A program made the position numbers and the translations under genes. The notes beneath the pieces were generated by a model. The model was given only the letters and a program-made list of their open reading frames with translations, ran no database searches and had not been told where the DNA came from. 64,000 bases of DNA from Phoronis australis. Its lineage: Eukaryota > Animalia > Phoronida. Location: contig NMRA01000025.1 in the NCBI GenBank assembly GCA_002633005.1, positions 69,757-133,756 on the forward strand. The letters run 5' to 3'. Positions 39,701 through 49,242 of the stretch are shown in pieces. Each line of letters opens with the position of its first letter. The stretch's first letter is position 1.

Positions 39701-42700
39701 ATTTTGGCTGTGACTTTGAATTGAAAAAACTTGGTAAAATATAAATTGGGACCAATATGTCTGCCACAATCTCATACCGTGTTTCGACCACACCGTTAGT
39801 CTCCTGTTTGTGGACAATGGATTTTTATTGTTGTCGTTTTCAGAAATGCATTGTGTTACTGTTGTAAGCTAGTAATCGTCTGGTGACAACACAAATAAAT
39901 TGTGGATGTGGAATGTAATTTATGGTTTGCATTTGAAGTGGTGAGATCAGTGTGATCAAATGGTGAATGCCTCGAGAATCTTTCGCCCAAAAAACTGCTA
40001 ATACATCAATGTTTTTAATATGATGGTTGCATTGTTGTACTTACACAGAAATGTAAGTGGCAGTTGACACGTGCTTTCAGTTCTAGAGCACGCGAGTAAG
40101 AAGTCGTGTTTTCCGCTATGTTGTTAACAAGTTGTCTGAGATGTCACGGAATTTTATGAGCCAACAACCATCTCACAATGCATTTGAAAAACAACATAGC
40201 TGTAGATGCAATTCCCCAAATTGCTGCAGGATTTATTCATTCCTAAATGCAGTGTGTGTATAAGGACCATATCTGTCGCTGTTGTTCTTTCACACAGAGT
40301 GTATTCTACCTTTAGTTGTCAGATTGATTTGCTTGATTAGAAAATAACATTTAGTTTTTATGAAACTTGCTTTGATTATTTTTGGCAGGCTTCAGTTTTT
40401 TGATAATTAACATACTTTCAAAATCCTTCCCCTCTTGATCAAAGCATGGCTGATTCGCTTGTTTCAGTTTCATTGCCTGTCATCTCTCACCAGCATGTTT
40501 TATTTACATTAGCCAAGCCGGTCAGTTTACGTCGGTCAGATTCTGATCGTGCCATACCATCCAAGAACGATGAGCGTAAGTGTCCTCTAATCTGCCAGGA
40601 GCTCTCTTCAACTGACTCTTAATAGTGCATGCCATTTCTGCTATTTACAAATCCTCACGTCTACGCCATGGCTGTTGAGTGCTAGTAAGGGCCCTGTTGC
40701 ACCATCAGAGTTAGTTCTCGGTTGAGTCTCGAAAAAGAAAAAAAGAAAGACTTAGGAACGAACTCGGCGTTGTTCAATCTGTGTAAGAACTCCATGGAGA
40801 GTGTCTCATTGGGGCTTAATTTTGTACAAAATGTCCCATTCCAACATATCCCCCAGTCTGTTTTATCAAGATGCTAAGATGTTTAGAGACTGAGTTTGAT
40901 GTGACAGGGCTTCAAGGGTATGCAGGACCCTAGAAAAATGGTCAAATTTGGCTAAGAAACTTGCACTGTTCTCTAAAACGCTCTTAGGAATTGCACATAT
41001 ATTGTTTTGCATAAGGGGTTATCAAAAAATAGAGTTGGAATAAAACGAAAACTACTTTATTTAGTAAACTGTGAGACCGTTTTTGCGACTTCATCTTGAA
41101 CATTTATGTCAAACGAAATTAAGTTATTGTTATTGTTTGCGTTGTTTTCTATGAATGTATCTTTTTTTGCTAAATTATATCGAAATGGTATGGTCATGTG
41201 ACCCAATTAACGGGACATTCATATCGAGTTGAAAAAAATGTGCAGGCTTTCTGCTCTAAGAAAATATACACTTTTACTGAGGATATATTGTTTTGCAGAT
41301 ATTTGGCTTATTACACTGACTGGCCTATATGGTCCTACAAATTGTAGAACTGAAATCAAAGTTGAACATCTAAACCAGATAAAAAAATGTGTTCACACTA
41401 ACTTACATGTGGCTTTGACTCGCGTGAATAAGGGAGTTCCTTCTCAATTACTGGTTAAATTTCTTGTCTCATCTTTTATACAATGAGAATTTTGTCACTG
41501 ATTCTTTCTGTACTTAGCATGAGTTTCTTTTTCACTGCATTTATTTCTGTGGGTTACTCACATGTCTGTCTTTTTATAGTTTCTTCTTCTATCATTCTCA
41601 TTCTTCTCATCATTTATCGTCTACTATTGAATAGTGGAACTTTGCTCACATTGGGTAATTCTGACTTATTTAACACACAATATGGCCGACAAGTGTTTGC
41701 CAAATTTCTCCATAGAAATAAAGATTAAGCATTGATGGTTTGTACATAACTGTGTCGAGATCATAATGCAATTTTTTCCATTATGTAAAAGTAATCGGTC
41801 ATTAAAAGTGGAAAAATTTTGACAATTCTTATTGTGCAAAATAAGTGGAGAATTGCTGTACCACATCCTATCCAGAGCTGTTGCAACACGGAATGCTTTT
41901 AATCAATTTCACGAAAAGTCAGCTGCGATTTAATAACCAAGCAGGAATTCGATAACCAATATTCCTTCAAACTACTCGGTTCAATTTTTTGGTTATGGTC
42001 TGTCTTACATATTGTAGATTAGTTGCAAAGATTCACTTGTGCTTTGAAGAGCTTGTAAATTGTTTGCTTTCTATTCTGCTCCTAAAGAATTGAGGATTTA
42101 TTATCATTTCTCAGCATGCACTATTACTGTTGAGTAGTTGGAGCTGGTGCAGGTCAATGTTTCACATTTGTACCAACTTGATGATCTCAAGGTTTAGACA
42201 GGTGGTAGCTGGTAATGTCTTGCAACAGTTGTTGTTACGGTCCACAACCAAGGTCAGGAAAAGATATGTTGTCAAAAGTCGTTATTTTATGCTGCTGTTT
42301 TGCAAGTGCAAGTGTTTCAAATTTCAACTGGTCCATTCTTACCATGCCAAAATACATGGAGGGAGTCCCATAAACCATTTTAAGTGGCTAATGAATTCTT
42401 TTGTTGTCAATACAACTGATGTGAAAATATAAATTAATACTTTCCATTCAATGGAAGTGCTTATTAGCTGAACGCCGAATCAATTTCATTGTTCATGTAT
42501 TTTGTATCTGTTGTTCTCAATAAGCATCTTTATGAGACGAACATCTTTTGGTCTTGTTTGTGGACCACATTTTGTATTTGTTGTGTGTGTAACTCTTAGT
42601 TGTAGCCGAGTTGAAGTCCAAGACTTTTGAACGGTCAAAGTCTGACCGGCCGCCGAAAAAGAAAGGTAAGTGACTCCTGTACTGCTGAAAATTAACAGGA

Positions 42701-45286
42701 AGTTGCAATTTTTATTGGATTCATAAGTATCCTGTCTGTGAACTCGTGATGCCAAGGAATAAGGAAGTTTCAGGATGGAAAACTGATGACCAACTGAGTC
42801 TGTTTAGTCCGGCTGTGATGTGTTGTTTGTGTTGCTATGCTCATCTATGTGAAACAGGTGATGTTGTGTGACGTCTGCAGTTGCTTTTTTCTGAGGCATG
42901 GACTGTGCTTGTCAGCATCACATGGATTCATGTTTCACATGTCGCTTCATAATGCGCACTTCATAAAAAGTTTTCTTATGTGTCTATGTATTGTATACAA
43001 TGACTTGCTTTCATTGAATTTCTTTGATTTTATTGTTCGATCATTGATTTTATCTGTGCTTACCTTGTGCACTTTTCTCATCTCCTGCGAAACACTTTAT
43101 ACTAAACACTACAAATGCCCCAGATATCCTCGACTTATTTTTCCCTGTAAATGAGAGATCAATTTTTGAACTTCGGTTCACAAACAAGAAATCTGATGGC
43201 AGTCGTACGTTTCTGTTTGTGAAAGAGGAATTTTGTTCAGATGTACATGTAACATTAACATATTTCTGTTTGTGTATTCCGCTTGTCCTTCATGTGTTCA
43301 ATGTATTAATATTCAGCATGTTGCCTCAATAGATAATGTGCTGTTTTCAGTTTAGGTTATTTTGCTGCCTATTTCCCATGAAGACTACCTTATTCTTATT
43401 GGTCCAGGCCTTTTTAACCAAATTGGAACATGATGGTGCACCACCATCCGTTTCTGTTCAAAGTGCCTACTGAACATGTACTTAGCATATGGAGGTTGTC
43501 ATGTGGCCCTGCCCTAGGTTGTCCTTCACTCAAAGCTTTCTGAATTCAAACCCTCTTACTGTGATAAGTATCATTGTTTGTATGTAAATGAAACAAGCAT
43601 GTAGAATAAATACAGGGTTCCCCAAAAGGTACTCACTCTTCAGTACAAGTTCAGTTTTGTGGATCAGGCAAGGCACGAGGGCCTACTATATGGTTACACA
43701 TTGTTTTGAAAGCAGACGCAAGAGCAGTCACTTGCTCCGTAACCGCAATAATGGCAAACAAACAACTCTGGTTTTGGAGAGTGAAGATATATCTGCAATC
43801 ATTGCTTCTAGACACTCAGCTACACCAAGGAAGTACTTAGCAAAGACAGTCTTCTTCCCAAGTAAATAAACCATTCATTTTGAAAATCCTGACCCCTACA
43901 AACGAAAGAAAGTAGTTTGCAAGAGCAGAAAATGCAATAAACGAGATACCTGGAGAGAAAAATTTGCAAACTCAGCAAATGTCCACAGAGTCACCCTTAC
44001 AACGTTTTTTCCCTTTTAGTCTAACGGAAAATTAGGATTGTCAATGCTGTGGGTTAACAAATGAACCCTGCATTTATTTTGGTTGAGACTTGATTACTTT
44101 TTGATTAACTCTTCATGATTTTAAACCAGTAATCTTGTTCACGAGTCAATAAACAACAGTATTATTGTCATTCAAGGTCTGAGTCCTGTTTGTGTCACTC
44201 TGTGTAGTTCTGTAATTGTCCTTATCCCACTTTAAATTGTGTCCATCATTGCGTACTTTAACTGCACGCTGGGCTGCGTGGTCACATTACCCCTTCTTGC
44301 CTGCCCCCTGCCTGCTGTTGTCCCTGCTTGCTTTGTTCAGTTTACATTCTGCTGTTGGTCTTCATTCTAGCAGTGAATGGTGAAGGTGAGGAGACCCCCG
44401 CCTCTCCAGCCAAGTCTGATACCATGAGGTCGACAGATAGTGGGGAACTTCTGGAAGACGAGGTATGTTGTGGGCAGTCAGAACATCCTCGGTCACAATC
44501 CGCCACAGTAGAATAAAGTGTCTCTCGTGTGTTGGTGATGGTTGCCTGGTCTGTTGGACCAACAGGTGATGGGCAGCCATGGTATAGGCTATGGGTTGAT
44601 AACTATTATGAGATTTACAGTGATGAATATCCCACTGTTGTGGTGTCAGGCAATTTTTTAAGAAGTTCTCCAGATGTCCATTAATCCCTCTTGTGGTAAA
44701 GTATGAAGTCACTTCTTGATGTTGTTGTTTCATTTCGTTCCGCTTGAATTTGGTTATGCCACAATGCACAGCTTTGTCAATGGCCCTTATTTCCACTGTT
44801 TTTTACCTTCTTTTTGTGAAGAATTCCATCATTGACTCTTGAGCTGTCATATATTGCTACAGGAGATATTGTGCAACTGACTACTGGAAATATTTAAACT
44901 ATGTGTTGGTTTTGGCAGAATTATTTTAAATGGCGTAAAACCTCTCATTTATTTATTAATTGAATTATTTGGATTAGTGCCCAATGTCAGTTAATGTATT
45001 TAGGACTTTTGACTACCTTGTGTCAGTTACAAGTTGCCAAGTGTATGTATATGAAACCGTTCCCTGGCGTGAAATCAAAATAGCGCTTGCTGCTTCTTTC
45101 TCACTCATTGATGACACTGACTCACTGTTGCAGCAGGGCTCACCCACTAAAGAGCCGGTGACTGACTCGCCATCTAAGGGTGGCGATAAACACAAGAAGA
45201 AGAAATTCCGCATGCCTTCCTTTTCCAAGGGGAAAAAGGACAAGAAAGAAGCAAAGAAAAAGCCAGCCAAGGAGAGCGGTGTTTAA
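21669..45286 (+). CDS. hts: Adducin / hu-li tai shao-like gene, whole spliced CDS span (19 coding exons, about 786 aa)
   Basis: Exons joined by hand at splice sites with consistent phases and no internal stops. Adducin hallmarks are present: [107 protein letters not shown] and [10 protein letters not shown]. Confidence 0.96.
22719..22964 (+). CDS. hts: Adducin exon 2 ([14 protein letters not shown]...[18 protein letters not shown]...STAG)
   Basis: ctttgtag acceptor and G|gtgagg donor; conserved adducin N-terminal motif. Confidence 0.95.
23435..23586 (+). CDS. hts: Adducin exon 3 ([13 protein letters not shown]...[30 protein letters not shown])
   Basis: ccttctag acceptor and gtaagt donor; start of the class II aldolase-like domain. 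Not present in the ORF track. Confidence 0.95.
23949..24408. mobile_element. Old hAT-like MITE in adducin intron 3
   Basis: Imperfect TIRs CAGTCCTTTATGCAG / CTGGATAAAGGCCTG; 8-bp flanks GTTGGAAT / GTTTGAAT (7 of 8 match); repeated GGACGCCC subterminal motifs. Confidence 0.65.
24531..24761 (+). CDS. hts: Adducin exon 4 ([16 protein letters not shown]...[17 protein letters not shown])
   Basis: ctccatag acceptor and gtaagt donor; 77 codons including the HxH motif. Confidence 0.96.
26074..26217 (+). CDS. hts: Adducin exon 5 ([16 protein letters not shown]...[10 protein letters not shown]...LGPNNK)
   Basis: gttgcag acceptor and gtgagt donor; 48 codons. Confidence 0.95.
27135..27233 (+). CDS. hts: Adducin exon 6 ([20 protein letters not shown]...ADIQ)
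   Basis: cttgtag acceptor and gtgagt donor; NHG motif of the aldolase II fold. Confidence 0.95.
27255..27316 (+). repeat. 31-bp tandem duplication in intron 6
   Basis: TACAGTACAAGACAAAAG(T/A)AACCAGACAAAA occurs twice with one mismatch. Confidence 0.85.
27741..27926 (+). CDS. hts: Adducin exon 7 ([11 protein letters not shown]...[18 protein letters not shown])
   Basis: ccttctag acceptor and gtaagt donor; 62 codons. Confidence 0.94.
28715..28848 (+). CDS. hts: Adducin exon 8 ([11 protein letters not shown]...NEVEIPP...EERDG)
   Basis: caacag acceptor; phase-2 donor AA|gtatgg. An in-frame alternative donor GG|gtgtgt would end the exon at 28854. Confidence 0.88.
29163..30301. mobile_element. 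Non-autonomous Kolobok-like DNA transposon in adducin intron 8
   Basis: Imperfect TIRs of about 260 bp (AGGCGAAGGCAACC...GGTTGTCTTCGCCT), TTAA on both sides (29159-62, 30302-05) and RR...YY termini. Contains a frameshifted Cys-rich remnant [11 protein letters not shown]...LQWECVAGH. Confidence 0.8.
31178..31498. mobile_element. MITE with 6-bp TSD in adducin intron 8
   Basis: TIRs CAGGGATATTC / GAATATCCCTG and a perfect direct repeat TACCTA on both sides. Confidence 0.75.
31780..31900 (+). CDS. hts: Adducin exon 9 ([22 protein letters not shown]...PKKITK)
   Basis: attgcag acceptor and WLNSPNTY motif. The donor AAG|gcatgt (GC-AG intron) gives KKITK-W on joining exon 10. Confidence 0.88.
32836..32943 (+). 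CDS. hts: Adducin exon 10 (WVEDGSG...[21 protein letters not shown])
   Basis: ctttacag acceptor and gtgagt donor; 36 codons. Confidence 0.92.
33538..33630 (+). CDS. hts: Adducin exon 11 ([31 protein letters not shown])
   Basis: tcggtag acceptor and gtaggt donor; adducin AGPQS motif. Confidence 0.92.
34713..34925. mobile_element. Diverged inverted copy of the 53245-53507 MITE family
   Basis: CATGCGGGTACCCAGGGGGGG...CCCCATTTGGC...CGAGAAAACGAGACAAAA matches the reverse complement of about 53395-53507. The right end is approximate. Confidence 0.55.
35818..36004 (+). CDS. hts: Adducin exon 12 ([27 protein letters not shown]...SNPFDNM...ERKQRGE)
   Basis: tcactag acceptor and G|gtaggt donor; SKGII and NPF motifs of invertebrate adducins. 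Confidence 0.92.
37040..37108 (+). CDS. hts: Adducin tail exon 13 ([23 protein letters not shown]), 69 nt, phase 1-1
   Basis: tgccag acceptor and G|gtaagt donor; open in the required phase. Confidence 0.8.
37183..37214 (+). repeat. (GTT)n microsatellite with GTC interruptions
   Basis: Directly visible in the sequence. Confidence 0.85.
37768..37845 (+). CDS. hts: Putative adducin cassette exon 14 ([26 protein letters not shown]), 78 nt, phase 1-1
   Basis: Long pyrimidine tract ending ttttcaag, donor CAG|gtttgt, open frame, CpG-rich relative to the intron. Confidence 0.65.
38701..38784 (+). CDS. hts: Putative adducin cassette exon 15 ([28 protein letters not shown]), 84 nt, phase 1-1
   Basis: ttgtctgtag acceptor and G|gtgggt donor; open frame; ETxxDD motif shared with exon 14. 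Confidence 0.68.
40513..40575 (+). CDS. hts: Putative adducin cassette exon 16 ([21 protein letters not shown]), 63 nt, phase 1-1
   Basis: tacattag acceptor and C|gtaagt donor; open frame. Confidence 0.7.
42606..42665 (+). CDS. hts: Putative adducin cassette exon 17 ([20 protein letters not shown]), 60 nt, phase 1-1
   Basis: gttgtag acceptor and strong AAG|gtaagt donor; RSxSDR motif shared with exon 16. Confidence 0.75.
44371..44462 (+). CDS. hts: Adducin exon 18 ([31 protein letters not shown])
   Basis: Tandem acceptor tag/cag (start 44371 or 44374) and GAG|gtatgt donor; phase 1 to 0. Confidence 0.85.
45134..45286 (+). CDS. hts: Adducin last coding exon with MARCKS-like domain ([15 protein letters not shown])
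   Basis: Tandem acceptor cag/cag (start 45134 or 45137), stop TAA at 45284-45286. The basic KKKKFRxPSF motif is typical of adducin C-termini. Confidence 0.93.
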   Translation, partial: QGSPTKEPVTDSPSKGGDKHKKKKFRMPSFSKGKKDKKEAKKKPAKESGV

Positions 45287-47273
45287 AGAAGCCAACTGAC
45301 AAACTGCTTATTTTGGACTTCACTTGTAGAGTGTATTGTTTTCTTGTAGCTTCGCATCTTTGTGTTCCAACAAAACCAGGATGCGACTACCAATGTATGA
45401 TCGGACAGGATTATTATCGTCATGTTCTCTATATGGCACGAAGAGTTATTGTCGATTGTCAGTGTTTTTGTCGACAAGCTACCCAGTTAGGTGCAGTTAT
45501 TACCAGCTTCATGATTCTGCATATTTAACTTCTTATTTTCGAAGGTGTTGTTCCTTGATTCCATGCCTCCTTAAGTCTGCCAAGTTGAAAGTTGTAATGC
45601 AAATTTTCGTAAAGTTGTATAAAGTATGTGACAGAACAGTGTATATTACTTTGTCAGGTGAACGTAGTGTTTGCTCATTGGTGTTGTTGATTGGTGATTT
45701 GTTTACTGAGACGGGCTGTATATTTGAAAGTCAATAGCAGGCATTCTATACAGTTGATTAGTGCAATTACGTCCTGTGCCTGCCTACCGTAGTTGGTTTA
45801 CTATTTGCAACTGCAAAATAGCCATGAAAATTTAGGATGGCATTGTTCTTGGTCCAAGTTCTTGAAGTTGTAAGCTTTTAAGTATCCTTTCTGTAATGTT
45901 TTCGTCAAAAGTGGAAAAAAGGAGTTGGTTTATTAATGTTTGCCTATTCGCTTTAGCAAAGGATACAAAATATGGCTTAATCAGCGTGGAGGTCGCTGTC
46001 CCAGTGTGTTCACTAGAGAACTTAAGAATTTGGCTGTCCCAGTACTGTTTGTAGTGTGACGTTTTGTAACGACCTTGTTCCTATTTTGGTGCTTTGTAAA
46101 CAACTAGTTGTAGATTAGATTTTTTATTCAGTTTGTTGGCATACTACGGAATAGAAAACCTGGGCACTCATCTCAAGAGGTGCATTGAGAGTTGTGTTGA
46201 TTGGGGCAAGTTGGAGACGTATTATCAGTGCTGAGTTGTGGGTTTGACTGTGTGGTGCCAATAGTAAGTTAGTTGCTTCATACAGAGAGCATGTGATACA
46301 TGTACTCCTATTAGTTTTTGCTTCGACGTAAAGATCTGTGAGACTGCCGGTAATAAACGTGCTTAGTCGAGCCAGGGAAAATATTGGTCGGTCAGCCGCG
46401 AACAAATAGGCTTGTGTTCTTTATGAAATATATCCATGTTTTATATATATATAGCGGGCATTTAGTGGTTATGTGTGGACGTCCTGATTTTTACAACTTT
46501 GGATTTTGAAGGAGAATCGTGTTGTAGAGCTGGCTGTTGTAAAGTGTATATGTGATGTAATGCACTAGTTATCATGCCTCAGTAGATGCTGCATATTCCT
46601 ACTCGTTACTCTGCCCTTGCACGCTGTATTTTATGGGCTAATTTGAGTAATTACATACTGCCTGCGGACACTTTTATACTCCGTCAACGATGTCTGTCTG
46701 CATTAGTTATATCTGCCTGAAGTTTTTGCTCCTAGGATTCCCAAGTAGCATTTCGTAACGAGTTAATGAGTTGTACAGCAGACGATTGTGCACTCTAATT
46801 TACTTTATTGTGTTAGTCTGTGTGTTCATAAGTATGGGGTGCCTAGGAGGATCAATCTCTGAGCAATCTTATTGTTCTTTCCTGGGCTATGAGAGCAGGT
46901 TGTCTTGCATTTCTAAATTGAGACTTCTGCAGTGGGATTTACTTTCCGATTTGCTTAGGCGTTGTTGCATCGTTCATATCTGTGGAATATTAGTCAGTCC
47001 AGTAAGGCCAATGATTGATGGCTAGTGCTGAAATAGGAAAATTTGTAATGTCATGTATTGTTAACATGGCCATGAATTTTTTAAAATTGTTTTAATTTTT
47101 CCAGTTAACCATAGTTGTGAGTGAGCACAGTTAGCACCCTGAGATACAAATGTGGTAAACACGGAATTTAATGTGGGTCATTTATTAGTGTCTAATTGCT
47201 CTTGGTTTTTTCATGGTAAATGTTATTTTTGTTTACACTTTCAGACTGCTTGTAGCCAACTTTGCTGTGTTCA

Positions 47274-47279
47274 AATAAA
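47274..47279 (+). terminator. Candidate adducin polyadenylation signal AATAAA (3' UTR about 2 kb)
   Basis: AATAAA followed by T/GT-rich sequence, at the end of a long T-rich UTR-like stretch. Another AATAAA occurs at 46352. Confidence 0.4.
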
Positions 47280-49098
47280 ATTTTATCAGTAATATAATCA
47301 TTGTTGTAGTTAATTCAGCCAGTTTGGATTGGTACAGGTTAACTAATGAGTAAGGTTACTATGGAAACCAGTATTTGATTGGCATAAGAGCGGTAGGCAT
47401 GCAAGGCCAAATCTGATCTTGAATGCAAGGATCCATTATACCACTGTCTGCTGTGTAATGTAAGTAGTGTTAAGAAATCGAACAGGGTCTGAAATTGGAT
47501 GGTATGTAAAAGTTGGAAACGGCCGAAGTGTATTGTCAAAACTGACATACAGGAGGCGTGGACTAAGATGGGTTTCCCTATGAAAACTTCTATTTAAAAG
47601 GGTTCATTTTTTGTCCAACTACAAAAAAAGAAAGTTTAAAGTATTAACAGATTTTTGTCCAAATATGGGCACCAAGGCCATCTTTTGGAGCCATAACTTA
47701 AAGATTTTATAGTTAAAGGGTTTCTCAAAATGAATAGTGTCCACGACCTACATAAACCAGGATTTATGTTGTGTATTTCAGCTACTTTTTTGGCTTATCT
47801 ACAAAGTAATTGGTATGTGTTTCCGTAAACTCTTGGTTGTCATTGGATGTGGCTGGCACACTAACTGTTCACAGGACCCTTGTTTTTCGAAAGTATTTGG
47901 AGAAAAAGGAAAAAAATGCCATTTCCTATTATACGCCCTGGAATTTATGTAGTATCAGAATCTCCGGCTTTCTATTTCTTTAACTACGTGGGAATCCTAA
48001 TTTTGCAGCTGCAACCCCCTCCCCCGTCAAACTTCAATATAGGCGAATGCCACTGGGAGAAACTGTCGGCTAAGAGCCAGCGCACACGAGACAATTTTTA
48101 TTGGCGGCACTGTCAATTCATTTTTTCATCGATAACATTGACAATTAACGAAAACTGTGGGTAGGCGGGCCAATAGAAGTTTTACAGTTTTGTCTTGGAC
48201 ACTGGAATGTTTTTGACGGTGATGTGTAGCAGGAAAATTGGGACACTCGCGCTTCTGAGAGTTGACGAGAAAAAGCCAGTACCATTCAGTTGTGGGTTAT
48301 GTTCATGAAAGAAGACATTTTCCAATTAAAGAGTCGTGTTCCCGTAATCACCTGTTTCTATAACTCCCAAAACGACCATTTTGTAGGGAATTTAATTGAA
48401 CAACACCCTTTCGTATGGCCGTGGAAAAGATCCATCTTTCAGTTGTAGCAACGGTGTTATATCTGGTATGTTAAAGCGGCCACTTCCGTTTGCTGCTTTT
48501 AACTGAAAAGACGGAAATGGACCAAGATACCGGAGGCAAGTAGACTGTAGGCAGACTCCTGCGAGGTGACAACACTATCACACTTACAAAAAACCTACGA
48601 CAAATATAACTAATAGTCTCACCAATGTTAGACGATGTGATTACCCGGCACAGGTTATTGTGTCAAGTATTGCCTAGGAGTACTCTGCCCAGGTCCAAAT
48701 GACCGTTGTTAACTTGGGCCAATTGTTATTATCTCATAATGCGGTATTGAACCCATGCTCTCTGTAGAATAAACGTTATGATTTCACAATTAGCTTAAAT
48801 AAAATATTTTTAAATTTGAGGTCATAGACCATATTGTTGTTTTGAACATTAATGCAGTAATGCGGTACTTTAAGGCTCACCTACTACGAGCAACAGTGGT
48901 GCGGAATCATTAGGCACATCAAACCAGCTTCGGTGAAGCAGTGACGTGATCATGAACTTTTATTTCTGACAGTTTTTGGAACTGAAGATGAAACACACCC
49001 ACTTGACTTTCGCTATAAAACCTGTAGAGTTACTTCTTACGGTGTGTGGAGTGCACCCAGCAATAGGGGGTGGCCGTGGAAAATCAGATAGGGCTTAC

Positions 49099-49242
49099 CT
49101 GCAGCCGGGGAGGATTTTTCAAATTTTTGTGGACACGCATAGCTGTGAGTGATCCCCCGGGGGAACCGCCGTATATATCCTGCACCGTGACTCCTGTGGT
49201 GGTCACTACGTCCCTTGGTATATCGGCCTTTTTGGTCGTCAC
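49099..49242 (-). other. Possible orphan coding exon (VTTKKADIPRDVVTTTGVTVQDIYGGSPGGSLTAMRVHKNLKNPPRLQ)
   Basis: 48 open codons between aaacag and a strong CAG|gtaagc donor, GC-rich. Partner exons were not established. Confidence 0.3.
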
